Of a DNA stretch of 43,721 nt, positions 18,396-26,821 are shown piece by piece (positions within the stretch are counted from its first letter, which is position 1; each line of letters opens with the position of its first letter). This DNA comes from Chloroflexota bacterium (lineage in GTDB: Bacteria > Chloroflexota > Anaerolineae > Anaerolineales > RBG-16-64-43). The notes beneath the pieces were generated by a model. It saw nothing but the letters and a program-made list of their open reading frames with translations. It searched no databases and was not told the DNA's origin. A program made the translations under genes and the position numbers. The DNA lies in contig JAPLGX010000184.1 in the NCBI GenBank assembly GCA_026389925.1, positions 1-43,721 on the forward strand. The letters are read 5' to 3'.

Positions 18396-19349
18396 ATGGC
18401 CGTGCCCAGGGAAGACGAGCAACCGCCGCGCGTGCTGGCGATCGGTGCCGCGGGAGTCGACATGGTCGGCCACGTTGGCGGGCCGCTTGAGCCACGCACC
18501 TCAAACCCGGCGCGCATCCGCCTGGCATGCGGCGGCGTGGCGCGCAATGTCGCAGAGAACCTGGCCCGCCTGGGCCAGCCCACCGCCCTCATCAGCGCCA
18601 TCGGCAGCGATTTCTTTGGCCAGCACCTGCACCAGCAGCTGGTGGATGCGGGCGTGGATACCTCGGCCCTGCTCACGCTGAATGACCGCCCCAGCGGCGC
18701 CTACTTGGCCATCGTCGACTCGACCGGCCAGCTCCATTTAGCCCTCGACGACATGCGCGCGCTGGATGCCATTACGCCCGACGTGCTTCAGGCCAACGCG
18801 CACCTCTTCGCTGGCGCGGCAATGGTTTTCCTGGATGCCAACCTCGCGCCGGAGACCATCGCCGCTGCCGTGCATCTGGCCCAGCAGGCGGGCGTGCCCA
18901 TCAGTGCCGACCCGGTCTCACGAACGCTGGCCCGCCGCCTTGCACCGCACTTGGAGGATCTTTTTCTCATCACCCCCAATGCCGGCGAAGCCGAGGTGCT
19001 GCTCGGGCACACTCTGCCCAGCGGCGACCCGGCCCAGTCGGTGATGGCGGCACGCGACCTGGTGCACCGCGGAGTCGATGTGGCGCTCATCGCCCTTGCC
19101 GAGTTCGGCGTGGCCTATGCCACCGCCGCCGATCACGGCCACCTGCCGGCGCTGCGCACGCAAATCCTCGACCCGACCGGCGCCGGCGATGCGCTCACCG
19201 CGGCCGTGATATTTGGCCTGCTCAACGACATCCCGATTCACGAAGCGGTACGCGTGGGCATCTCGGCCGCCTCGCTGACTTTGCGCTCGTCCTCGACCGT
19301 GGCCCCCGACCTCTCCCTTGAGAAGTTGTACGATCAGCTCCTGATCTAG
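18396..19349 (+). CDS. psuK: PfkB-family sugar kinase, probably pseudouridine kinase
   Basis: Contains GGVARNVAENLARLG and DPTGAGDALTAAVIFGL, the PfkB signatures. It lies immediately upstream of psuG. ATG 18396 follows GAGGG. The longer track ORF from 18183 looks non-coding at its 5' end. Confidence 0.7.
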   Translation: MAVPREDEQPPRVLAIGAAGVDMVGHVGGPLEPRTSNPARIRLACGGVARNVAENLARLGQPTALISAIGSDFFGQHLHQQLVDAGVDTSALLTLNDRPSGAYLAIVDSTGQLHLALDDMRALDAITPDVLQANAHLFAGAAMVFLDANLAPETIAAAVHLAQQAGVPISADPVSRTLARRLAPHLEDLFLITPNAGEAEVLLGHTLPSGDPAQSVMAARDLVHRGVDVALIALAEFGVAYATAADHGHLPALRTQILDPTGAGDALTAAVIFGLLNDIPIHEAVRVGISAASLTLRSSSTVAPDLSLEKLYDQLLI

Positions 19350-19364
19350 AAAGCGCTGGCGGTG

Positions 19365-20285
19365 ATGCCCATTCCCTTCCTGCAAGTCTCGCCCGACGTG
19401 GCGCGCGCCATCAACGAGGGCCGGCCGGTGGTCGCCCTCGAGACCGCGGTCGTGACCCACGGCCTGCCCGCGCCGCACAATCTCGAAATCGCCATGCGCT
19501 GCGAGGCCATCGTGCGCGCCGAAGGCGCCGTGCCCGCGACCGTGGCCATGCTCGACGGATTCTTGCGCGTCGGGCTCAGCGCCGAGGAGATCGAGCGCCT
19601 GGCCGCCAGCCGCACGGCGGTCAAGGTCAGCCGGCGCGATATCGCCTCCGCCCATCTGCTCGGGCAATCGGGCGGCACCACGGTCGCGGCCACGCTGGTC
19701 GCGGCCGAGGCAGCCGGCATTCACGTGTTCTCCACCGGCGGCATCGGCGGCGTGCATCGCGAGCCGCACGACGTCTCGACCGACCTGCCCGAGTTGGCCC
19801 AGGCGCGTGTGGTGGTCGTGTGCGCCGGTGCCAAATCCATCCTCGACCTGCCCGCTACGCTGGAAGTGCTCGAAACCCTCGGCGTCCCGGTGCTCGGCTA
19901 TCAGACCGAAGCCTTCCCCGCTTTCTATTCGCGCGATTCAGGACTGCGCGTGAGCCTGCGCGTCGAAAGCGTGGAGCAGGCCGCCGTCTTCGCGCGCCAT
20001 CATTGGCAGCTCCCGCGCAGCGGCGGCGTGCTGCTCACTGTTCCGTGCCCCGCCGATGCGGCGTTGGCACACGACGAGGTGGAACAACTCATTCGCGAGG
20101 CGCTGGATGAATCCCAGAAGGAAGGCATACGCGGCAATCAGGTGACGCCCTTCCTTCTTGCGCGCGTCGCGCGCAAGAGCGGCGGCAAGACCCTGAGCGC
20201 CAACCTCACCCTGCTGCGCAACAATGCAATGCACGCGGCGCGCCTGGCCGTGGCGCTCAGCCATCCGCCCGCCCCCATCCCATAA
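19365..20285 (+). CDS. psuG: Pseudouridine-5'-phosphate glycosidase
   Basis: PVVALETAVVTHGLP..GGTTVAAT..VFSTGGIGGVHR..VVCAGAKSILDLPATLEVLETLGVPV is highly characteristic of PsuG/YeiN. Confidence 0.85.
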   Translation: MPIPFLQVSPDVARAINEGRPVVALETAVVTHGLPAPHNLEIAMRCEAIVRAEGAVPATVAMLDGFLRVGLSAEEIERLAASRTAVKVSRRDIASAHLLGQSGGTTVAATLVAAEAAGIHVFSTGGIGGVHREPHDVSTDLPELAQARVVVVCAGAKSILDLPATLEVLETLGVPVLGYQTEAFPAFYSRDSGLRVSLRVESVEQAAVFARHHWQLPRSGGVLLTVPCPADAALAHDEVEQLIREALDESQKEGIRGNQVTPFLLARVARKSGGKTLSANLTLLRNNAMHAARLAVALSHPPAPIP

Positions 20286-20329
20286 GATCAGAATCAGAGA
20301 GAAGCGGGGAGGCGCGTGGCAAACGCGCC

Positions 20330-20775
20330 GCAGCATTCCCGCCCTCCGCAACATGGCCGGCGCGCCACACGCGGTCCGGGGGTGGCACGTTGCCCACTCC
20401 TGGCGCGCGGAACGTGCCACCACTCCTTCAGCATCGATTCTCATTCCCGCACTGAGGGGAAACCACGATCACACTCGCACACCGACTGCCCGCGTGCGAG
20501 CGTGACGCAAACGCTTACTTTCGATCCTCATTCCCGCGAAAGCGGGAATCCAGGTGAACTGACGAATCGGCGATACGGAACCGCCACGATCCTGGGCCGT
20601 CACTTCCCCTAGTTCAAGCCATCGCCATCGGGAGTCCATGTGTTCTGGGTCCCCGCCTTCGCGGGGACGACGGGCACTTGTCACACGCACACAGGCCGTT
20701 ATGCACATTCATCACATATGACGATTCTTTACATGCTCGCCCGGTTCCCCGCTTGCGCGGGGACGACGATCAGCA
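20330..20775. repeat. Array of about four degenerate REP-like GC hairpin units
   Basis: Units seen are TCATTCCCGCACTGAGGGGAAACC (20441-), TCATTCCCGCGAAAGCGGGAATCC (20528-), GGGTCCCCGCCTTCGCGGGGACGACG (20647-) and CGGTTCCCCGCTTGCGCGGGGACGACG (20742-). Spacing is irregular, about 87, 117-119 and 95 bp (measured 87, ~119 and 95 bp between the four unit start coordinates given above). Confidence 0.6.
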
Positions 20776-20807
20776 CGATGGCAGGGGCAACAGACGTTCG
20801 GGCTGCG

Positions 20808-21806
20808 TCAGCGCCGGTCGGGCGTGGGCGATGGCCAGCGTGTGGAGGAGGGGCTGGGCGTGAGCGTGGGGCGCGCGGTAGCGGTGGGCCGCGGCCTGGG
20901 CGTGGTCTCGGTCGCGGTCGGCGCGCGTGTATTGGTGGGCGTGGGCGTGCGCGTCGACGGCCGGGTGGGCGTGCGGCTGGGGGTCAACGACGGCGTGGGC
21001 GTGCTCGTCGGTGTGCGCGTGATCGTAGCTGTCGGCGGCGCGCCGACAATCGTGAATCGTCCGCCGGCCTTGAATTCCGTCCCAACAAAGATCTGAATCT
21101 CGTACGCCCCGGGCAAGTAGAAATCCGGGGTCACATCCCACTCGGTGAAGCCGTACCCGCCCGGCCCGCCGTCCCACGGGTGAGTCTCGTAGTACACCAC
21201 TACGTTGTCGCGGTACCAGATGGCCGTCCACTGCACGCCGTCCGACATGTTGTCATACGAGAAGAAGCCGTACATGCGCCGGACCGGGTTGAAGAAGACG
21301 TCGGTATTGGTCAGCGGCCGGTAGTCACGGGTGAACGAGCGGGCCGCGGTCACCGGGCTGATGACCGCTTCGGGCAGCGGGGTGACGATGCCGGTGAAAG
21401 AGGAGAGCAGCGCCGAGGGCAGCCGCGGAGTCGGCGTCGGGGGCAGCGTGTTGGTCGGTTCGGGAGTGCGGGTGATGGTGGGGCTGACCGTGCGCGACGG
21501 GGTGAGGGTGATCGACGGCGTGAGGGTTATGGTGGGCGTGCCGGTGCGCGTCGGCGTCGGCGGCACGTAACGGAAGACGGTCGGAGCCCCGAACAGCCGC
21601 ACCACGAACGCCAGCAGCGCGAACCCGCCGGCCAGGAAGATCATGCGCCAGCCGGCCTGCGAGGCTTCGCGCCGCAAGAGGTAGAACGGCCGGTTGCGCG
21701 CGCCGCGCAGCTTTGCCAGCCCCGCGAGTAGCGCGACCGCCGCGCCCGCGAGGAGCAGGCCGGAGGCCAAGCCGATGGTTTGCTCTACCGATAGGGCTCG
21801 CAACAA
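20808..21806 (-). CDS. Membrane protein with two TM helices, two Pro/Thr-rich linkers and a central globular domain, function unknown
   Basis: TM helices are GLASGLLLAGAAVALLAGLA and MIFLAGGFALLAFVVRLF. PT linkers read PPTPTRTGTPTITLTPS.. and ..RTPTSTPTPSLTPSRTPT.. The core reads FFSYDNMSDGVQWTAIWYRDNVVVYYETHPWDGG..YEIQIF. The start (TTG 21806) is uncertain. Confidence 0.55.
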   Translation of the reverse strand: MLRALSVEQTIGLASGLLLAGAAVALLAGLAKLRGARNRPFYLLRREASQAGWRMIFLAGGFALLAFVVRLFGAPTVFRYVPPTPTRTGTPTITLTPSITLTPSRTVSPTITRTPEPTNTLPPTPTPRLPSALLSSFTGIVTPLPEAVISPVTAARSFTRDYRPLTNTDVFFNPVRRMYGFFSYDNMSDGVQWTAIWYRDNVVVYYETHPWDGGPGGYGFTEWDVTPDFYLPGAYEIQIFVGTEFKAGGRFTIVGAPPTATITRTPTSTPTPSLTPSRTPTRPSTRTPTPTNTRAPTATETTPRPRPTATARPTLTPSPSSTRWPSPTPDRR

Positions 21807-21978
21807 GGAGGGCTCCGATGTGGACGGGCTTCATCGCGATTATAGCATGGCCGTTTTTGGAATCCTCGCTGCCCGCACTCTTGCGCGCAGCGCAGCGGCT
21901 TGCGCCACACATCACCTGGGGCCAATTGACAGTGACTCGCCCGCATGGTCTAATGCGCCAACGCCAAGGGAGGCCGAG

Positions 21979-22491
21979 ATGAGGAGCACAGAGAAGATCG
22001 CCTACGAGACCGTGCGCACGCCGATCGGCGAGGTGCATGTGGCCGCCGGCCCACGCGGGGTGGTGGCTCTCGGTCTGGGCGGCTCACCCGCGCGCTTCGC
22101 GAAGGGCGTGGCTCGGCGCATGGGCACGCTGCCCGAGAAGCGCCGCGGTGCGGCCGGCGCCGCCGCCCGCCAAGTCGGCGACTACCTGCGCGGCCGCCGC
22201 CGCACCTTCCGCCTGCGCCTGGATACTCGCGGGCTCACCGATTTCCAGCGCGCCGTGTTGCGCGCGGCGGCGCGCATTCCGTATGGCCAGACAGCCAGCT
22301 ACGGCGAGATTGCCCGCAGGCTGCGCCGGCCGCAGGCCGCGCGCGCGGTGGGCCAGGCGCTGGGCGCCAACCCGCTGCCGCTCGTCATCCCTTGCCACCG
22401 CGTCCTTGGCGCACGCGGCGCGCTCGGCGGCTACTCCGCCGCGCGCGGCGTCGCGGTCAAACGCTGGCTGTTGCGCCTCGAGGGCGCATAA
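21979..22491 (+). CDS. ogt: Methylated-DNA-protein-cysteine methyltransferase
   Basis: TDFQRAVLRAAARIPYGQTASYGEIA..AVGQALGANPLPLVIPCHRVL..GGY contains the PCHRV active site. AAGGGAGG lies before ATG 21979. Confidence 0.85.
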   Translation: MRSTEKIAYETVRTPIGEVHVAAGPRGVVALGLGGSPARFAKGVARRMGTLPEKRRGAAGAAARQVGDYLRGRRRTFRLRLDTRGLTDFQRAVLRAAARIPYGQTASYGEIARRLRRPQAARAVGQALGANPLPLVIPCHRVLGARGALGGYSAARGVAVKRWLLRLEGA

Positions 22492-22576
22492 CCGGGTCCC
22501 ACCGCGCCCGCCCACACTCCATCTCACATCCACGCGCTCCCGCCGCACGATCGATGCCGATCGAAGAGAGGTCTTG

Positions 22577-23482
22577 GTGAATCGTTGGAAGGATTGGGGC
22601 GCCTTCTGGCTGCTCGGATTGATCTGGGGTTCGTCGTTCTTGTGGATCCACGTCGCCGTCCAGGAGATCGGCCCGTTCATGCTGGTGGCGCTGCGTGTGC
22701 TCATCGGCGCGCTCGGCCTCGCGCTGGTGGCGGCGGTCGCGCGGCCCGCACTTCCGCGCACGCCACGAACGTATCTGGCCATGGCGGTGCTCGGCCTGAT
22801 CAACACAGCCTTGCCGTTCGTTTTGATCTCATGGGGCGAGACGCGCATCCCGTCTTCGCTGGCATCGATTCTCAACGGCACGGTACCGCTGTTCACCATT
22901 CTCATCGCCCACGTTGCGCTTCACGACGACCGCATCACGCTGCCGCGCGTGCTTGGGCTGGCCGTCGGCTTTGCCGGCGTGGTGGTCCTGCTCAGCAAGG
23001 ACTTGGAGCCAGGCACGATCCACGCCAGCCTGCTCGGTCAAGGCGCGGTGATCCTGGCGGCCGTTTCGTACGCCGGCGCCTCAGTCTTCGCGCGCACGCA
23101 GATCCGCAACCTAGCGCCGCTGGCCAGTGCCATGCTGCCTCTCATCGCCGCTGATCTCTTCATGTGGCTGGCGTTGCCCGTCTTCGAATCACCCGTGCGC
23201 TTCCCCAGGCTGCCGCTCACCTGGGTGGCCCTCGTCTGGCTCGGGCTGCTCGGCTCGTGCATCGCGTACCTTCTGTACTTCCATCTCATTCGCCAGTGGG
23301 GACCCACGCGCTCAACCATGGTGACCTACGTCTTCCCGGTGGTGGGGCTCATCCTGGGCATCTTGTTCCTTAACGAGCACGCGGACTGGCGCCTCATGGC
23401 GGGTTCCGCTCTTATCGTTGCAGGCATTGGAGTGGTGAATTGGCGGCCGCGCCGCGCGGCCGTGCAATCGGCCGCCAAGTAG
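22577..23482 (+). CDS. DMT-superfamily (EamA-like) transporter
   Basis: About ten TM segments forming two EamA-like halves (WGSSFLWIHV.., ..LGLLGSCIAYLLYFHLIRQWGPTRSTMVTY). Start is GTG 22577 or TTG 22574, after AGAGAGG. The long 5' part of track ORF 22037..23482 overlaps ogt and looks non-coding. Confidence 0.7.
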   Translation: MNRWKDWGAFWLLGLIWGSSFLWIHVAVQEIGPFMLVALRVLIGALGLALVAAVARPALPRTPRTYLAMAVLGLINTALPFVLISWGETRIPSSLASILNGTVPLFTILIAHVALHDDRITLPRVLGLAVGFAGVVVLLSKDLEPGTIHASLLGQGAVILAAVSYAGASVFARTQIRNLAPLASAMLPLIAADLFMWLALPVFESPVRFPRLPLTWVALVWLGLLGSCIAYLLYFHLIRQWGPTRSTMVTYVFPVVGLILGILFLNEHADWRLMAGSALIVAGIGVVNWRPRRAAVQSAAK

Positions 23483-23514
23483 CCCATCCGCGCCCAGCGC
23501 ACGCTCGCTGCGTG

Positions 23515-23559
23515 TCGAAATGAAAAACGCGGGGCTAGCTCGATCGAGGCGGCCCCGCG
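23515..23559 (-). terminator. Rho-independent terminator downstream of prfB
   Basis: On the minus strand: CGCGGGGC-loop-GCCCCGCG (23559-23552 / 23535-23528) followed by TTTTTCATTTC. Confidence 0.6.
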
Positions 23560-23778
23560 ACCACAAGTCAAATGGATGCACGAAAGGCTTGAGCAGACAA
23601 AGTCCCCCGGCTACGCCTGAGGAGCGGCGTGCGCGGGTCGCCCGCCACACACTGTGCGCTCTCACCAAGGCAGGCATGCGTGCGCCGGCCGCACGCGGGC
23701 GGTCAAGGGTCAGGCATGCTAGGCTCTCATCCGAGTCTTGGGCGCGCCGCTGGCGCGTCTGTGCTCCCGGCAGGCCGG

Positions 23779-24871
23779 CTAGCGCTTTTCGCCCAGCGTG
23801 GAGCGCAAGTACGCCTCGATGAATGGGTCGATCTCGCCGTTGAGCACGGCCGCCGTATTGCCAGTTTCGTATTCGGTGCGGTGATCCTTCACCATCTGAT
23901 ACGGGTGGAGCACGTAGGAGCGGATCTGATTGCCCAATTCGGCTTTGATGTGCGCGCCCTTGATCTCGGCCAGATGCCGCTCCTGCGCCTCGCGCTGCAC
24001 GTCCAGGAGTTTGGCGCGCAGCACGCGCATGGCGTTCTCGCGATTCTGGGTCTGCGAGCGCTCGTTCTGGCAGGTGACGACGATGCCCGTCAGCAAGTGG
24101 GTGATGCGGATGGCCGTCTCGTTCTTCTGCACGTTCTGCCCGCCGGCGCTTGAAGCACGGTAGGTCTCGATCCTGATGTCGCCCGCCGGAATCTCAACCT
24201 CGCCGGCATCCTCCACCTGCGGGTAAACCTCCACCAGCGCAAAGGACGTATGGCGGCGGTTGGCCGAGTCGTACGGTGAAAGACGGACCAGCCGGTGCAC
24301 GCCCCTTTCGGCGCGCAGATACCCGTACACGTTTTCGCCGTTGATGGCCAGGGTGGTGCTCTTGATGCCGGCTTCTTCGCCTTCAGTCAGGTCGAGCACT
24401 TCCACTTCGCAGCCGTGGTTTTCGGCCCAGCGCAAGTACATGCGCTGCAGCATGGCCGTCCAATCCTGCGCATCGGTCCCACCCGCCCCGGCGTGGATCG
24501 CCAGCATGGCATTGCTCGCAACGTAAGGGCCCGCCAGCATGGCCTCCAGCTCGCGCCGGTCGATTTCCCCTTCGATCGCCAGGACCTCGCGCGCGAGCTC
24601 GGCCTGCAGGCTCGCATCGCCCAGCCCGGCCAGCTCGTCGGCTTCGGCCACGCGGTGTTCGAGCCCGCGCCAGGCCTGCACCGTGGCGCGCACCCGCGCC
24701 AGGTCCTGCATCACCGCGCGGGCTTGCTTCGAGTCCTGCCACAAGTTGGGGTCGGCCGCGCGCACCTCCAGCGCAGCCAAGGTTTTTTCTGTGTTGGGCA
24801 GGTCAAAGACTCACCAGAAGGTTCTGGAGTCTGCTGCGTGCCACACTCAAGCGTCCGGCAAGGTTGTCCAT
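23779..24871 (-). CDS. prfB: Peptide chain release factor 2, expressed through a programmed +1 ribosomal frameshift
   Basis: The body is track ORF 23779..24780, with SPYDSANRRHTSF and the GGQ loop YRASSAGGQNVQK. Hand reading upstream gives ATG 24871, then MDNLAGRLSVARSRLQNLLVSL and TGA (24805-24803), with the motif CTT TGA C. After a +1 shift it continues DLPNTEKTLAALEVRAADPNLWQD. GGAGAGGA is the RBS. Confidence 0.9.
24801..24816 (-). other. prfB +1 recoding site (SD-like GGTGA, then CTT TGA C)
   Basis: The minus strand reads CTGGTGAGT CTT TGA CC. CTT is at 24808-24806, TGA at 24805-24803, and the next base is C at 24802. Confidence 0.85.
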
Positions 24872-24885
24872 TGCATCCTCTCCAA

Positions 24886-25818
24886 TCACGCGAGCGGACC
24901 GGGCGGCGCGCCTTCGACCGCCAGCAGTCCGTCCACAAAACGCTCTCGATCGAAAAGGGCCAGGTCGGTGCTTTTTTCCCCCAGCCCGACATAGCGCACC
25001 GGCAAACCGAGGTCCGCCTGGATTGCGAAGGCCATCCCGCCCTTCGCCGAGCCATCCAGTTTGGCCAGAATGACGCCGGTCACGTTCACCGCCTCTTTGA
25101 AGGCACGCGCCTGAAATAGCGCGTTCTGGCCCCCTGTCGCGTCGAGCACCAGCCAGGTCTCATGGGGTGCACCCGCCACCACCTTGCCCAGAACGCGGTG
25201 CACCTTTTTGAGTTCATCCATCAGGTTGAAGCGCGTGTGCAAGCGCCCGGCCGTATCGACAAGAAGAATGTCGATCGCCCGCGCCAGCGCGGCTTGGGCG
25301 GCATCGTGCGCCACGGCGCCCGGGTCGCCCTGCGCCTTGCCGTGCACCACCTCCACGCCCGTTCGGGCCGCCCATTCCCCGAGTTGTTCGATGGCCGCCG
25401 CTCGAAACGTGTCGGCAGCCGCCAGCAGCACCGAATGGCCGCGCGTGCGGAAGCGCTGGGCCAGTTTGGCGATGGTGGTCGTCTTGCCCGAGCCGTTCAC
25501 CCCAACCACCAGGATGACCGACGGGCGCTGGGAGGGGACGAACTCCTGCGCTGACGAAAGCAGGCCGAGAAGCTGGGTCCGCAACGCTCGCTGCAGCTCG
25601 TCTTTGCGCACGCGGCCAAGCCGCCCGGCCTCGGATTGCAGCTCGGCGCGGATCTTGGCGGCCAGGGCCGGGCCCAGGTCCGCCTGGATGAGCAGCGCCT
25701 CCACGTCCTCCCAAACGGCCGGTGTGATCTCGCCTGCGCCCAAAAGTGCCGCGAGCCGCCCGAATGCGGCTCGACGCGTGCGCTGCAGCGCCTCCAACCA
25801 ACCCGGTGATGCGGCCAT
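24886..25818 (-). CDS. ftsY: Signal recognition particle receptor FtsY
   Basis: Contains VVGVNGSGKTTTIAKLA, LVDTAGRLH, LAKLDGSAKGG and VRYVGLGEKSTDL. The likely start is ATG 25818 (MAASPGWLEALQ). The stop lies 14 nt before the prfB start. Confidence 0.85.
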   Translation of the reverse strand: MAASPGWLEALQRTRRAAFGRLAALLGAGEITPAVWEDVEALLIQADLGPALAAKIRAELQSEAGRLGRVRKDELQRALRTQLLGLLSSAQEFVPSQRPSVILVVGVNGSGKTTTIAKLAQRFRTRGHSVLLAAADTFRAAAIEQLGEWAARTGVEVVHGKAQGDPGAVAHDAAQAALARAIDILLVDTAGRLHTRFNLMDELKKVHRVLGKVVAGAPHETWLVLDATGGQNALFQARAFKEAVNVTGVILAKLDGSAKGGMAFAIQADLGLPVRYVGLGEKSTDLALFDRERFVDGLLAVEGAPPGPLA

Positions 25819-25825
25819 TGTGCGG

Positions 25826-25831
25826 ATTATA
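25826..25831 (-). promoter_or_regulatory. Candidate -10 box (TATAAT) for ftsY, 7 nt before the start codon
   Basis: The minus strand reads ggTATAATccgcacaATG. Confidence 0.35.
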
Positions 25832-25850
25832 CCATCCGCATTCTCGAACC

Positions 25851-25878
25851 TTAACGAACTTTGGGGGCATGATACAAT
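25851..25878 (+). promoter_or_regulatory. Candidate promoter for the dsbA-like gene (TTAACG-16-TGaTACAAT), 7 nt before the ATG
   Basis: TTAACG is at 25851-25856 and TACAAT at 25873-25878, preceded by TGa. ATG is at 25886. Confidence 0.4.
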
Positions 25879-25885
25879 CGCGGGT

Positions 25886-26569
25886 ATGACTTCTGAAGCC
25901 ATCCCGCCGTCGGCACCGGCGACTCGCAGGCTGCGCCTGATCTTGGGCGGCCTGTTGCTCGCGGTCATCGCCTTCAGCGCGGGTTACGTCGTGCGCGGCA
26001 TGTCCTCGCCGCCCGCCGCAACTCAGGCGGCCGCCGGCGACGGTTCTTCGCGGGTCGAGGTCAGCGTCGACGACGATCCGAGCCTGGGGGCCGTGGATGC
26101 GCCGGTGACGATCATCGAGTTCAGCGACTACCAGTGCCCGTACTGCAGAGTGTGGCAGGCGCAGGTATTCGGCGAACTCATCGCCACCTACGGCACCAAA
26201 GTGCGCTTCGTGTATCGCGACTTCCCGCTCGACGAGATTCATCCCGAAGCGCGCCCGGCGGCCATCGCCGCCACGTGCGCCGGCGAGCAAGGCAAGTACT
26301 GGGAATACCACAACCTGCTCTTCACGGGCGACCTCGGCTTGAGCGCCGAGGCACGCACTGCCTACGCCCAGCGCCTGGGGCTCGACCTCGAACGCTTCGC
26401 CACATGCGTTGCGCGCGCTGCGACCAACGACGAAGTGGATGCCGACCAGCGCGACGGGCTCAAGGTCGGCGTGCGAGGCACGCCCACCTTCTTTATCAAC
26501 GGCCGCCCGCTGGTGGGCGCCCAACCCCTGGAAGCCTTCACCTCAATCATCGACGACGAACTGAAGTAG
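25886..26569 (+). CDS. DsbA-family thiol:disulfide oxidoreductase, membrane anchored
   Basis: Has the TM anchor LRLILGGLLLAVIAFSAGYVV. PVTIIEFSDYQCPYCRVW contains the CPYC active site, and ..VRGTPTFFINGRPL is the cis-Pro loop region. Confidence 0.8.
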   Translation: MTSEAIPPSAPATRRLRLILGGLLLAVIAFSAGYVVRGMSSPPAATQAAAGDGSSRVEVSVDDDPSLGAVDAPVTIIEFSDYQCPYCRVWQAQVFGELIATYGTKVRFVYRDFPLDEIHPEARPAAIAATCAGEQGKYWEYHNLLFTGDLGLSAEARTAYAQRLGLDLERFATCVARAATNDEVDADQRDGLKVGVRGTPTFFINGRPLVGAQPLEAFTSIIDDELK

Positions 26570-26626
26570 AAGCGGGGCTGCGCGCGTCTGCCGCGCGCGG
26601 CGAGGCCCGCCCTCCTCACAATAACC

Positions 26627-26660
26627 GGCGCGCAAACGTGTTGCGCGCCGCTTTGCGTTA
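26627..26660 (+). terminator. Terminator-like hairpin after the dsbA-like gene
   Basis: GGCGCGCAA (26627-26635), a 5-nt loop, TTGCGCGCC (26641-26649), then GCTTTGCGTT. Confidence 0.5.
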
Positions 26661-26664
26661 GCCT

Positions 26665-26815
26665 GGCATTGCGAGGAGCATTGCGACAAAGCAATCTTGG
26701 CGGGCGCTCGCAGCTGGGCATCACGAGCAAGAGGCGTACCCGTTGTGGAAGGCGAGCTTGCCGCCCCCTAAAGAGGGGAGGCTCGCCCCTTAAGAGCACC
26801 GGGGCAGGCAATGAC
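26665..26815. repeat. MITE-like element, copy A (about 150 bp, ends GGCATTGC / GCAATGAC)
   Basis: Aligns along its whole length with 30591..30745. Shared blocks are CATTGCGAGGAG, AAGAGCAAGAGGCGTA-CCGTTGTGG, GGCTCGCCCCT-AAGAGCAC-GGGGC-GGCAATGAC. Confidence 0.65.
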
Positions 26816-26821
26816 ACAAGT

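Noticed and set aside
20640-20775. The hairpins GGGTCCCCGCCTTCGCGGGGACGACG and CGGTTCCCCGCTTGCGCGGGGACGACG resemble type I-E CRISPR repeats.
   Set aside because: There are only two copies, about 95 bp apart, so the implied spacer would be about 66 nt. They are not identical. Neighbouring units belong to a different hairpin flavour with irregular spacing. No cas genes or leader are present. They are better explained as REP-like elements.
20830-21560. Repetitive GGCGTGGGCGTG-type tracts as a variable or diversity-generating repeat.
   Set aside because: They are simply the antisense of Pro/Thr-linker codons in the 20808..21806 gene. No reverse transcriptase or template repeat is present.
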